Source of the DNA: Nemertoderma westbladi
Lineage: Eukaryota; Animalia; Xenacoelomorpha
Assembly: GCA_032718475.1 (NCBI GenBank)
Contig: JAUCBJ010002291.1
Location: 1 to 64,000 of the forward strand
Length of the DNA: 64,000 nucleotides
Reading direction: 5' to 3'
The notes under the pieces are model-generated. The model searched no databases. It worked only from the letters and a program-made list of their open reading frames with translations, and was not told the DNA's origin. Both the position numbers and the translations under genes were made by a program. Positions within the stretch are counted from its first letter, which is position 1. Every line of letters starts with the position of its first letter. Of the stretch, positions 1-12,933 are shown piece after piece.

Positions 1-91
1 ACCACCCTCTGTAACAATGTGTCAACCCGTTAGGTCTGAAGTATCTCATGCGCAAGGTGTGGAGCCTACACGCATCTATACTGCTAGCGAA
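1..91 (+). mobile_element. gag: Fragment of BEL/Pao family-B gag (second copy, cut off by a LINE)
   Basis: Near-identical to ~38520-38608 (CQPVRSEVxHAQGVEPxRIYTASE in both); similarity stops abruptly at ~91 where LINE RT sequence begins. Confidence 0.8.
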
Positions 92-1610
92 ATGAATTTT
101 TCAACAAAGAGTCATCACCAGTCCATGTCGTATCACTCGATCTATCAGCCGCATTTGATACCATTAAACACAATGTCATTTTCAGCAAAATCGAAGAAAC
201 AAACCTGAGTCAACAACTGATCGCTTTGTTATCCTCCTATTACAGCAAATCAAAAGCCTCAATAAAGATTGGTAACCTAATCCATACAAAGATGATACCA
301 TCGTGGCATACGCCAAGGTGGAGTACTCCTGGTTGGATTTTTAATTTTTACTTAGCAGACCTATTTGCATCCCTAGATACTGCCAAACTGGGCCTACATG
401 TTATTGCTGATGAGTCCTACCCAGCCTTTAGTTTTGCAGATGACATATTAATATTGGCCAATTTAAAATCTGATCTCATCAGAATACTACGTCTGTGCAC
501 CGACTATTTCAAGAATAATGGATTATGCTTGAACATACACAAATCCCATTACATTGTTGCCTCTTCACAACCGATAGGAAATCACGAATCAATTCAAGTT
601 GAACCTGGGAAAAACCTAATACAAGAGGCAAAACTTAAATATTTGGGGATACCCTTACCATCTACCCCATCCAACCTACGAGACCACTTCACGAAAAAGT
701 GCTGGATATATGTTTCCCAAACAAAATCACAAGCACTTTCGTCATATGATGTCCCACTTAACGTTACATCTCTCATATGGAAAATTGTATGTCTCCCATC
801 AATTTTTTATGGATCTTCAACTATAGAGATTGCCCTATTGAGACCCCTAGAAAGAACAATCCGAAAAGCCATGCGCACACTACTTGGAGTTAGTAATTAC
901 ATCTCTAACAATGTCTTATGGAAGCTCTTCAACAGTGGAACTGTTCAACAAGTAGTAGCATACAACAAAAGTCGGGTCACATACAACATATTAAATAGCC
1001 ATAATACTAAAGTATTACACTTATTCTCAACAATCCTAGCGCGAGATAATACATACATGTCTGAGTATAGTCTATTGGCATGGAAGGAAGATCTACCATC
1101 TCTAACAAACCTAGCATCGACCCTCTTTAACATAAAAGCCGTCATCAAAGGCGCAAGACGAAGAACATTGAGCAGTGAAGCAACAACACCATTTAAACAT
1201 GAATTCCAGGCCATGTATTGTTATTCCATTTTGAACAGCCATGCAAGCTTTCAAACCACACATGCTGCAATAACAACTTTTTTGAGGGGAGAGGGAATAG
1301 AGACTAAGTTTCAGTAACAACAACTTCCAGTACCTTATTGACTGAAACGAAATGTCCCACGATCGTGTAAAAAAATCTATGTAAAATAAACGACACATCC
1401 GCACCATCTCGTTTTCAATGTTTAACTACGCATTGCATAGTACATGGATTTAACAAATTTTACTTAATTTCTTATCATAACTATTATTTCTACTACTTAT
1501 ATTTTATCGTACTAAATCCATTTGTGAATTGTTCACATTTTATCCCTATTTTAATATTAATGCTAATTAATAGCCACCGGGGCCAGAAGCCGGAAATGAA
1601 ATCAATCAGC
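92..1610 (+). mobile_element. 5'-truncated, decayed non-LTR retrotransposon (RT and C-terminus, RTEX-like)
   Basis: VVSLDLSAAFDTI at ~125-165; ORF 226-1317 with FADD, KYLGI and CLPSIFYG motifs; short AATC-type tail near 1600. Clade call tentative. Confidence 0.75.
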
Positions 1611-2452
1611 CTATTTTAACATATTTATTAAATTCGCTAATATTTCATTTCGATATTCACCATTTACGGAACATTTTAAAGAAAAGTAACAGGTTATAAT
1701 GGCAGTCTTTTTCAGTCTAAATTTAGGAACACAGTTTACAGTAAAATTTTTACTTCTAGGCACTAATTTTTCAATATTAATTTAACATTAACCCTATGAG
1801 AAGTCTCAAACGACAGCCCAATTGGCAATTTGCTACCGGTAATTGTGTTCAATGCAGAAATGATAGACGGTACCCTAGAATGTATATTCATAAAAAATTT
1901 ACCCGTAAGGAGCTTAATAGTGGAGTCATACCTAAGTAGGCCTACCTGCGCATACATTATAATAATGCTAACTTGTCTGTATGTGTCTGGCGAGTAGGCT
2001 AAAATTATGTATGTATATCAGTATATTGCAGTATTGTAGGTCTCTGGTCTACTTGACATTGAACGCAACTACTGAACTGCTGGTAGACCAATGAACAAAA
2101 TACGGCTTACACATTCATCATACTGTATTGCTTAAAGTATTATACACTTTATTGTGATAGATGGATATGACTAGGAGGGTGCATCGTGTATGCATCGTCT
2201 GTCACCTCTTATGTTGGACTTATATGCGGCGATAGTGCTTAAAGCGCAAAATATTATTTCCCAATGTGTGAGAATTGAATTATTAGGCTATAACAGGTGA
2301 ACATTATATTATTGTGACTCTTAAATTATTACTCTCCCATCGTTGCTCTACCATTTATTGTTATACAAATGCAAACCACAGAATCTTTGATTTAGTCTGT
2401 ATATATTTTATCTGACAGAATATATACTTTAGATTTTTCCTAACTTACTTAC

Positions 2453-2574
2453 CTGGTGGCGTTTTCTGAGCCTCCTGACAAACGATCATGATCGAACTAA
2501 TACCATCAACTGGCAACTTAGAACCGTAGAATCCTGGTATCAATTTCTCATTGATACCAGTGTGACCAACACCA
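2453..2574 (-). CDS. Exon 4 of secreted beta/gamma-crystallin-domain host gene
   Basis: Acceptor ttttcccatttag, donor ccag|gtaagt; 122 nt, enters in phase 2 matching exon 3; reads (S)GVGHTGINEKLIPGFYGSKLPVDGISSIMIVCQEAQKTPP, completing the 4th crystallin motif. Confidence 0.8.
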
Positions 2575-2739
2575 CTAAATGGGAAAATAAAGTAGTAAAA
2601 AGTAAATTTACAATGACTAAGAATTTACTGTTGCATATTACTACTACTAGTCGTGTGAGCATGGTAAGTGGAATTTCGGTCTTTCTGGTTTTCCTGATTC
2701 TCAATGTTTGTCACAATTTCGCTTCCCCAAGTCCGGAAT

Positions 2740-3245
2740 CAATTTTCACATTTTTCTATATATTCCAATGTGAATCCAAGATCTTCTCCCTTTGTGGCCA
2801 TCATAATTGCGTAATCGAATACAATTTTGAATAGTAATGGAGCCAATATGTAACTTTGCAGTACTCTATCCTGGATTGAGAACAACTCAGTTTCACCATT
2901 TGAGTACCTGAGTTTCAGTGTCACAATGTAATGCCACCGACAATTACTTATGGTATTCTATAAGCTCAATATCTTATCTCTATGAATGGAGTCGAAAGCT
3001 TTCTTGAAATCAACGAATGTCAGAACTGCGGGAAAGTACTTTGACATAATTCCTTCAACCAGCCCCTGTAGTGCTCGCATTTGAGCCAACGCAGCAATTT
3101 CTCAATGTGATATCTAATTCTATATAGAATAATTTTGTTGTATATTTTGGCAGCTACCAAAAGTAAGCTGATCCCACGTTAGTTTGTTTGTATACCGAAG
3201 TCACCTTTCTTAGTTTTCCCTTTTCAGCATCTGGTTTAAACATCC
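2740..3245 (-). mobile_element. Decayed RTE LINE RT fragment
   Basis: Reverse complement aligns to ~14900-15480 of the full RTE copy (KKGD..., TFVDFKKAFDSI, GETELFSI..VLQ..LAP, TKGEDLGFTL). Confidence 0.8.
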
Positions 3246-4164
3246 AATAATGGTTTATTTAGCACTCCTGATTCACTGTTTCTAGAAGTAGTGTGTTCTC
3301 CAGTAATGGGTCCTCCAGTAATGAATGGGCACTCCATGCCTACAATTTGCCTTTATACCTATGCCAAAGTGCAAATGTACCAGTTCTATAATCGGGTAAG
3401 TTGTCCCTGTTATAACTGCATTTGCATTAAGCGATCAATTATATACAAATGGACCTTGTCGAGATGGTCTCAGTGTTCCTGGAATCCCCTCAGTGGTTAT
3501 ACGGTATATGGGTTTGACCAAAAACCCACCCGTAATGCTCGTCCCATAATTTACGTACTATTCAAAATGATAGAGTTTATCTTCTTCTTCCTTTTTAATT
3601 AGTTCAGTTAATAATATGTACTAATTAATTTACTGGTAAATAATATATTTTAATTATGGAAAACCAAACAGGATGCTAATCGGTTTTCGGCCAAATGGCC
3701 CCATTACAAATCATTGCATCCTCTCAGGGATTCTGTCCTAATTAGTTTACATCTTGAATAATATATTGTTCGTATATAAAACAAGATTGGATTTTCCTAT
3801 CTATCTATATTGCATCCTGATTGGTTAACCAAACTTTTCTAGCAATAAGGCACTCCCTACCGTGTGAACTAGGAAGCTATTTTTATTGGCTTGTTTCTAC
3901 ACGGTAACAGGTTCCCCCCTCAGCTTACTATTACATTGCCCTTCACCCGACCTTTTAATTACCACTCACCTCGTGTCATTACAATCTAACCATCACAGAT
4001 CAATACAGATTCCCCCCCTCTCTCTATCCCTCTCACACTCAATAACAAGACGCTCTCCCAACAATTTACACACCTATATCCCTCTCTGATGGTCACTGCC
4101 CTTCAATCCAAACAAGCTACAGCCCGTTAGGGATTCCTGATGAAATTATTGCAGCAATCAGATC

Positions 4165-5224
4165 AGTATACAATGGTTCGTACAACATTTGTGTCTACTG
4201 TTGACGGTGACACAGAACCATTTGAAGTTTTATGGGGTGTCCTCCAGGGAGAAACATTTGCACCATTCTTGTTCATAATTGTTGTTGACTATGTTCTACG
4301 CATGTCCTTAGATCATCATAATGATGATGGCGTGATGATAACTCCACCTACTGGCTCCAGAAGTCGAGGAAATCCTGCCAAGTACCTAACTGATCTAGAC
4401 TTTGCTGATGACTTAGGAGTACTCTCAGAATCACTAGAGGGAGCCCAACGGCTCCTCAGCTCATTAGAACATGCTGCTTCTAGTGTTGGTATTTTTATTA
4501 ACTCCAGAAAGACCAAAATTTTGACAGTTAACTTTGAAAGTCCTCAGCAAGTCTCTGATCGCATGAGCATAAGCTCAAAAGATGGTATGCTTGAGCATGT
4601 GGATGACTTCTGTTACCTGGGATCATGGATCCGGAAGTCAGGTGAGGACCTTCGAATACGTAAGGGAAAGGCATGGGCAGCCTTGAATAGGCTTTCCAGG
4701 ATTTGGAAGTCACCAAGAATTAATCGGACACTTAAGGTCCGATTATTTAGAGCAGCAGTAGTTCCAGTACTCCTCTATGGGAGTCCATGCTGGGCTCTAA
4801 CTGCTGAGGACACCAAATCTCTGGATGGCACATTCACAAGAATGCTACGCCGGGTTCATTGTGTCAAGTACAATGCACACATCTCCAACCAGACACTATA
4901 TAACATTGGAGGTGTCTCATTGGTTCCCCCAAGCTTCACACTAGAACAAAATCGCCTCTGCTTTGCAGGACATTGCTTTCGCTGTGAGGACCAACCAGCC
5001 AGTGCATAATCTTGTACTTTGGCAGCCTCATGGAGTGAATAAGCATGGTGGACAGACCATGACTTTCCTGAGACGCATCTTAAAGGACACTGGCCTTGAA
5101 GATGCGGATGATCTAGCAAATGTCATGGGTGATAGGGAGTTGTGGCGGTGCAATTTTGTCGATAAGCCGGCACAGCATTCTTAAAAGTGCAGCTGCAATG
5201 CAGCATGCCGATCCTAGTAGTAGC
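4165..5224 (+). mobile_element. 5'-truncated RTE LINE (second family), RT C-terminal half with (TAG)n tail
   Basis: ORF 4140-5009: GVLQGET.APFLF, DLDFADD, FCYLGS, LLYG; ends cctagtagtag; near-identical copy at 51967-52646. Confidence 0.88.
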
Positions 5225-5299
5225 TACAGCCCGTCATGCATGCCCTTATTAATAATTACATTATTAATGGATTTATCCTGCAACAGTCAGTTCCATTCC

Positions 5300-5660
5300 T
5301 AAAGGATCTAAACCACCTGATGTTAGAACCGTTGACATATCCAAGCACGGGTAGAAATGGAATTTTGACCTAGAACTAAAAGAAACTCTATAATAAGTAA
5401 CCCAACTGAGGAGGAATTTACCAGTCAGTACTCAAACAGCGATCAAGGTAATATAGGATAACTATATGAGGCTTAAGTCGGGACTATGGGACGAGGGTTG
5501 AAACAATGGTTCGAACTTGGGTTAAATTGGTCGAGATGCAGAGCAAAGCGAAATCTAAAATCGCTTTCCTCAATCAGTGCTTAAATGAAGGTATCATACC
5601 TCCTTTAAAGATGAGAGCGCCAGGAAATTTGTTAGCGCATTTGATAAAAAAAGACGTTCT
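5300..5660 (+). mobile_element. Possible Penelope-like element N-terminal fragment
   Basis: ORF 5506-5730 contains KIAFLNQCLNEGIIPPLKM, resembling the FLxxCxxxxIIP motif at the start of PLE ORFs; no RT or GIY-YIG seen. Confidence 0.35.
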
Positions 5661-7070
5661 TTCAATCTCAATTTCATATATTGTGACTCTTTCCTGCCGT
5701 TTAATAAAACACATGCAAAATGAATCCTAATTGCCCAGTCTGATACAATGAACGGGATGGCGCTAGTGTACCTTCAATGAAGGCCACTCAAGTGTATCGT
5801 TTTATTTCCCCTTTCTCCCATGATGTATTGATTTGCTCTATATTTGACTTAGTCTAATACGGTATTTGATCGTCTATTATATTTAACTGATACACAGTAC
5901 CGAGAGGGTGAGGCAAAACAGTATAACAAGCAAATATCTCACTAATTAATTATGTAAGGACTCAAGTCTGGTGACTGTGTTTCCCATTAGAGGAAACATA
6001 TTGTAACAAGTCTTTGGTCTAATTATATTGATATCACTACTTACAAGAGCTTTGCTTACAATAATGGTCTGAAATATCGCCATATATTAATTATTGATTA
6101 AGTTAGAGGTACGACGGCACATGTAATTCCTATACAATTGTCCAGATTATCATTAATGCTTAGTTATAGTGACCTACCTGGTTGTGGCGCATGTAAAACT
6201 TCCTTGATTCCGTAATATCGGCGATATATTAAGCAAATAATAATAACAAATTGAGTTTACTAGTAGAATATCAAATATAACAATAAGTAAATATAATTCA
6301 ATTATTAACAATGAATTTAGATTCAAATATTATACTTCAGACATATAATAATCACCAGTCATCAAAAACCTGACCAGTAATTAGTGTTCTGCATGTGCGA
6401 TGTAACTCCACAGCGGAAACAACATGCACAGAGTGAGTAAGCTATTCAACCAATCGTGCTTATATAACAGATTAACAATAATATAGCGACACAGCCATTG
6501 GGGTATTATTACAAGTTGGATATGTGGATAATGGCACTAGATGGCCTCAGATTCTTAGTAAAGCATGAATCAACTGAAAAATAACTGATATTATAACGCA
6601 ACCAACTTTATCAATAAAAATGGTGTTTTGAGTTTAAAATTAGTAAAATAAGTAATCTAAAATGGCCAAGTTCATACTTGCATCAATACCGCTTCCATTC
6701 ATTTAGCTAATACGGTTGTAAAAACGAAGGTATGAGCTCAAATCATACACAAAAGGATGTCTAGTATGTAAATAATTCAATTAACAACATCAAACTCAAA
6801 TTACATAGAACATATGTATCTAGCATATAAAATATCTCAACTCGTGAACAAATTATATCAAGTGAATTATTGAATATCTATTACTTCTAAACAAGCAAAC
6901 TGTAATGCTAAAGAGTATATCTAATGCATATATAAAATGTTTCAGCTCGTGAACAAATAAGCTAAATGAATTATTGGGGACACCACTTATTTTACATATA
7001 ATATAAAGTAGCGATATGAGTTTTATAAAGTAAAATAGTGGTAATAAAAAATAACCAGAAAAATCAATGT

Positions 7071-10000
7071 TTATTTCTGGGACTTTTTCTTTTTAGGGGC
7101 TGGCTTGCGGTGTTGCATTGGTGGAGAACCATTATCTGGTAACGAAGATGGGGAACTTCGCACTTGTAGCCCCTCAGCGGCGGAAGGATGAATTTCCAAA
7201 GAGTCAGGAGGGGGTGCAACAGTCGGCACGGTCAGTCCACCAGTGGACGTTCCTGGTTGAGGTTCGATAACCGTGGCTGCCGCAGGAACTGAATGACGTA
7301 ATAACTTCATACCCTTTCGGAGTATTTTAGCCAGTGAAGATTTAGCGGAAGAGGGCAATGTGGATTGCACCGCTTTCTTGAGGTGGTGGTGACCAGTCCT
7401 TTAAGGGTCTGTGATGAAATCGTGACACCTCCTCGATCCGAAACATACTTTAAAGGTTTGACTGTCTCTTCCACAAGACGTGAAGTACGTAATGCGATCC
7501 AAAGTTTGTAGTAACTCTGGATTGGCGGAGACGAATTCGTAACCAAGGTTGGGGTCCTTACAAATAAAGTCAATGAGGGTATAGGTGGTTAAATCACCAG
7601 GGTTCATGCAGCGAAGGAATGTGCACACATATTGAACATTGGTGAGCTTCGAAACCGTTAGTAATAACTGGTAATCGGGGAGGTTAGAGCGTTGCGCTTC
7701 AATCGCGAAGGTGTAGTGATTGAAGGCAAAGACTCCGCAGTAGGAGCAGGAAGATTCATAGCAAATACGCGTGATTTGGTGTAAATCCACGGAATGTTCC
7801 CACAATTTGATATACTTCAGTAGGGATGTTTCATCATCCCTTTGTGTCAAGTCAAAGGGGCAGGAGACCAGGTAGTGTCCTTTCAATAAACATTTATCAC
7901 ATTGTTCTGAAAATGATTATTGAACAGTCCACAATACGGACAATGAAGCGGTAGATCAGAGCATTGGGAGTATGTCAGACAAGTTTCACCGTTAGGTGGA
8001 GTTTTATGAGCACGGGATCCGCATTGGATACAGCACTTCCGACCTTGGGATACAGCAGAATGAAAGGCAAATCGCATTAGGCGCTGCGGTCCAAGGTGCC
8101 ATGGTATAACAAACTCACCATCGTCATCTAACTCGGAAGTGGGATGGACTGATTTAAATTCTAAGACATTGTCAACCGCGGAGTCGTTTAAATAGGAAGA
8201 CAGCTGTTTGTCTGACATTTGTACAATGGAAACTGAATAGCCAGAATTGAGGATGGGCCGCTCCAGAACAGTGGAGTGTGAGTTTTGGACATACACATCA
8301 CTGAATATAGCAAAACCCTTTCTGTTTAAGTCTTCAAAGGCAGACAAATGCTTATTTACCTGTCCCTTTAGAGTGGGGTCACGGAACTGGCTGTTGATAC
8401 CAAAGAAGGGGAATAAGAACCTTAGAAAACATTCGAAACGTTGGAATTTCCCTTCACGATTAACCTTGGCAAGCTGGGTGCTGAGAAGTAATGGGTGGGA
8501 CCTCAAAGTCCTACTACAAGTATCCCCTACAGTACAAGTATGTCCCAACCAACCTGATACGGCAGAGTTCTTGTATATCATGTAAATAGTGAGAGAAGGC
8601 CGAAGAGGGACACTAATATTGGAATAAACAGCACCGGGGGCGGTTAAAGGACCATTGAAATAATAACGGGAATAATTATCACCATATAAGTTTAAATAAC
8701 GATTATACCGACCTTCCTTGAAATCCCATCCGAGTTCATGGAATGAAATGTGTCTGATGCCGGTACGTTCAGCTCTACGCATCCCACTGCCTACGCGTTT
8801 GTAAATAACGCGGAAGAATCCACATTCCTGGGCCCACGGGAGGATCATTTGCGTGTCCACAAAGGGGTAAGGGATGTCTAGTAAGGAGTCAAAGTCCTTG
8901 TACAAGTCGGGATATATCGCTGAACCGAGATTGCAGATCCTCTCGTTAAATAACAGGTCGAGAATGGGTTGGGGCAACATTGAAGGTTCAATGCCGAGCG
9001 AAGGGTGATGCTTGGTTTCGATAACATATTGGTAGGACTTCTCGAATTGTCCGTGTCGAGGTAGCATCTCCTGAAAGAACAGAGGAGTGAAGGAGGCATC
9101 AGTGCTTTGGGAGGTTCGCATGAATACATGGGTGGCTCCGGTTAAACCATGGATATGTATTAATTTGTGGAACTGAGTTCGCTGTCCGATACGGAACCTT
9201 TGTTGTCATATAGCATTATGCCATATTGGTGGATAACCTCAAGAGTATTGTTAAACTCGAGGTACACGACAGTTTCATCCACTTCCACCAGCATCCATAA
9301 GCTATCCAGAGATCCAATGGAGCCTCGGGCGATAACTACCGTTTTATAGCTCTGGACATTCTCTACTCCGGATTTTCCTTTCAACGTGTTAGAGAGTTTA
9401 TCTTGCTGAAATCGTACGTTGATGTTCCATTGAATCAATCGATCACCAATAAAATTGTCGAGATTTCGAGAAGGCGCAAGTTTATCCTCAATGGTTTGTA
9501 TGTTGAAAGGTTAACGAAAGGCATTCAGTTTGATTATATGATCTAGGTGTTTCTGCAGGGGTTCGATTTCAGTGATGTCGAGGGGATTAACCAAAGGTAG
9601 GAAATCCATACTGCAGGCGGGATCCTCGGGTTTCATAACATAATGTTGACTGAATAAGATGAAATCCGGGTGGTCCTGAATCCCATAGAACAGTGGATGG
9701 AGAGGATGTCTTTCTAGGTTTTTGTCCCGAATTATTGACTTGATTTGGTCAGTTCGACCAAGGGGAGCGATAATCCACTCGTCAGTTTCAGGGCTTTACA
9801 ATGTGGGTTTCCAACATCGGAGCGTCTGCGACTAAGTTTGGGTAAGAGATGTCAGTGTCGAAAGGTATCGTTCGGGTTTGACTGTAAGCGACACCGAAAC
9901 GCTTTATAGACCCAGATGGGTGAGCCTGTACTTTACTTTGGAACCCTTCCATGAGAGTTTGGACTGCGGGTTGGACCAAAGAAGCTAGCTCGTGTTCGTC

Positions 10001-11212
10001 GTTTAAACATTCACACTCTGTCTGTTCCTCTTCCTCACGAATACGTTGGCTTTCTTTCAGAGCTTCCACAAGGGAGATAGCCTTTCCTCGTTTGATTTCC
10101 TCTTATAGGAGGCGGACTTCGGATACGAATTCCTGTAATATCATCCGACGAACAACATCGAGTTTACCGGAGAGTTTAATGGGGTCATCTACACTGATGG
10201 AGTTTCGAAGGGCGTTAAGGAACTCGGTAACCAAGTAGTTACGATTAACCGTAGAGGTCCTGGTGAAAGTGAGAGGAGAAGTCCACATGGATTCCTCGCA
10301 CTGTAGTGAGCTTCCACGACCGATACCAACCATAGAGGGTTGGAGATGGGTTGGCTCTTCCTCTTGGTAATGGGGAGCTATCTGTTCCTCCATAACGAGG
10401 TCTCGGAAATATAGGTACATGATTTGGAAAAGCTGGGGTCGGTCGGAGATAACGTCATGGGCTTCATCATGGGCAACATCGGGTCGGGGGAAAACTCAGG
10501 GACGTGAATCATGGGTTTACGCACCTTGTTCACCTGGTTCATCGACATTGAATCGATTCTCTTCAAACCCTCCGTATGTATACTTGACGAAGCTGTGGCG
10601 GGAGCATCACCTACGTGGATGATTCACAGGTATAGTTGAGACCTGTTGGTTGGGGTAAGGACATTGACCGCATAAGTACCAGAGCTGAAAGTCAGTTTTG
10701 TTCAGAGGTGGAGACTTTATACCTGACTTGCTATACTCCTATGTCGTGGAAGGCATCGGGGAGGACTGGGAGCGGATGATCCTCGGTGAGATACATCATG
10801 GTATGATAAGGATTCTCGGTGTCATCATCCACGATGTCAACACAAATTTGACAATCATATTGCGTTCGGGTCTCGTTACTACGTTGCCATTCAACGTGTA
10901 GTTTGAACATGTTCATGTCCCATGCTGGTCATCGATGTCCCTTAAGTCCATGGTAAGGAAGCTGTTATAACTTCCATCGCGCTCGGTATATTTGAGAATG
11001 AACTCATGGTATTGTTGTTCGATGTTGCGCTGTTCGTTCAGGGTTCATCAACAGTTCGATATAATTCCCTGAAGGATCTATACACGGTACCATGCTCTGA
11101 GCAGGCTCGGTGGATTCGCCGGTGAAATCAGCCATCATCGTATCCATCATCTCCGTGTGCTATTCCCGAGAACATGCTTGACAGATGGGGGTGTCTTCGT
11201 GTATCGAGACAT
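7071..11212 (-). pseudogene. Element C accessory gene (frameshifted): unknown N-domain + DEDDy 3'-5' exonuclease-like domain + Cys/His zinc cluster + basic tail
   Basis: Stacked minus ORFs 10731-10916, 10378-10566, 10103-10420, 9788-10069, 9160-9438, 7883-9121, 7401-7886, 7071-7370. ExoI-like YGIMLYDNKG; ExoII-like LPQPILDLLFNERICNLGSAIYPD...FVDTQ; CIQCGSRAH, CPYC, CDKCLLKGHYLVSC (across a frameshift); ends PKKKKSQK. Homologous to ORFs inside LTR elements A and B. Confidence 0.72.
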
Positions 11213-11229
11213 GTGCGAGTTTGAGTAGA

Positions 11230-11275
11230 AGAATGTATATAGGGGGTAGGCGAGCGTCACCTCCCCAAAGGCGCC
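11230..11275 (-). promoter_or_regulatory. Putative internal promoter of accessory gene C (GACGCTCGC + TATA)
   Basis: Minus strand TTGGGGAGGTGACGCTCGCCTACCCCCTATATAC directly upstream of the ORF; matches TTGGGGTAGGCAGCGACGCTCGCTAGCCTAATTATAAG upstream of the homologous ORF in element B. Confidence 0.5.
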
Positions 11276-11547
11276 GAGACACGCCGTGACGCAGTCCCTG
11301 GTCAATCCCTAGTGGCAAGAATCGAGTTTGCAACTAGCAGCGGTACCGAAATATCGTGGCTATATGCTAAACTCTCATCAAGCCAGGGAGACGGGGGACT
11401 GGCCAGGAGCCATATTTGGTCTGCTATAATCCTCGGATTTATGAAGGGTTGGACAATTGCGTACACCTTAAAACTCATACTATTTGTCGGTTTTCCACAC
11501 TATTTAGCAAAAAGTCACAAAAACTGACTATTTGTAAAAAGTCTGGA

Positions 11548-12475
11548 CTATTTGTAGGTGGGTTTTTTTGAGTGCCTGTTACAAGGTCACCATCTATGAG
11601 GGGTGTGACTCCCGCCATCCAATAAGCTGTGTAGGTGGGTTTTTTTGAGTGCCCATTACAAGGTCACCACTGTCTATGAGGGGTGTGCCACCCGCCACCC
11701 AATAAGCTGTGTAGGTGGGTTTTATTGAGTGCCCGTTAGAAGGTCACCACCGTCTATGAGGGGTGTGACACCTGCCATCCAATAAGCTGTGTACATGGGT
11801 TTTTTTGAGTGCCCATTACAAGGTCACCGTGTATGAGGGGTGAAGGCACCGTGTATGAGGGGTGTGACACCCACCATCCAATAAGCTGTGTAGGTGGGTT
11901 TTTTTGAGTGCCCGTTACAAGGTCACCGTCTATTAGGGGTGTGAAACCCGCCATCCAATAAGCTGTGTAGGTGGGTTTTTTGAGTGCCCGTTACAAGGTC
12001 ACTGTCTATGAGGGGTGTGACACCCGCCATCCAATAAGCAGTGTAGGTGGGTTTTTTTGAGTGCCCGTTACAAGGTCACCACCATCTATGAGGGGTGGGA
12101 CACCCACCATCCAATAAGCTGTGTAGGTGGGTTTTTTTGAGTGCCCATTACAAGGTCACCGTCTATGAGGGGTGTGACACCCTCCATCCAATAAGCTGTG
12201 TAGGTGGGTTTTTTTGAGTGCCCGTTACAAGGTCATCGCCTATGAGGGGTGTGACACCCACCATCCAATAAGCTGTGTAGGTGGGTTTTTTTGAGTGCCC
12301 GTTACAAGGTCACCACCGTCTATGAGGGGTGTGACACCCGCCATCAAATAAGCTGTGTAGGTGGGTTTTTTTGAGTGCCCGTTACAAGGTCACCACCATC
12401 TATGAGGGGTGTGACACCCGCCAAACTATAAGCTGTGTAGGTTGGTTTTTTTTGAGTGCCCATTACAAGGTCACT
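11548..12475. repeat. Minisatellite, ~12 copies of a 76-80 bp unit
   Basis: Unit GTAGGTGGG(T)nGAGTGCCCGTTACAAGGTCACCGTCTATGAGGGGTGTGACACCCGCCATCCAATAAGCTGT recurs at 11554, 11631, 11711 ... 12437. Confidence 0.95.
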
Positions 12476-12782
12476 CTCTTTTGTCACTCGGCCTCTTTTC
12501 GACAAGGTCACTCGGCCTCTTTTCGTCCTCAGCTGTCTCGAGAAGGAACTCTATGGTGCGTAACATATGACTCAGCATCTAGATTAATTGTTCTTATATC
12601 TAACAATGCCAGAGTCTAAGGATTAAATGCACCATGAATATCAACAGAACAACCCCGGCCCATCTCTATCCTTGAGCTGCTGTCTCACAATGGGCTCCAA
12701 GACTACATTATGTGGTTAAATGTCCACTGAAACTGAAAATTCTTCCACTGACACTCGACTCCTAGAAAGAATTATGCGATCT

Positions 12783-12933
12783 TCTGCTACTTTCCACCAT
12801 CATTAATAATAAATACAACTTCAACTGGACTGCTTTCATTGCTTTCTCTACCGACTCCTCCTCCCTAAGGAAATCTAGACGCAACCCTCATAACTTCCAG
12901 CTGCCCTTCCTCCATAAGTCCACCTCTTAGCAA
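12783..12933 (+). repeat. Left copy of ~151 bp target-site duplication of the RTE
   Basis: Directly repeated at 16279-16429 with a handful of mismatches. Confidence 0.9.

Noticed and set aside
1760-2250. Possible final exon 5 of the host gene
   Set aside because: Several AG acceptors give only short uninformative peptides; none can be chosen without transcripts.
5750-7070. 3' LTR of element C
   Set aside because: No PPT-TG junction or second copy identifiable in the window.
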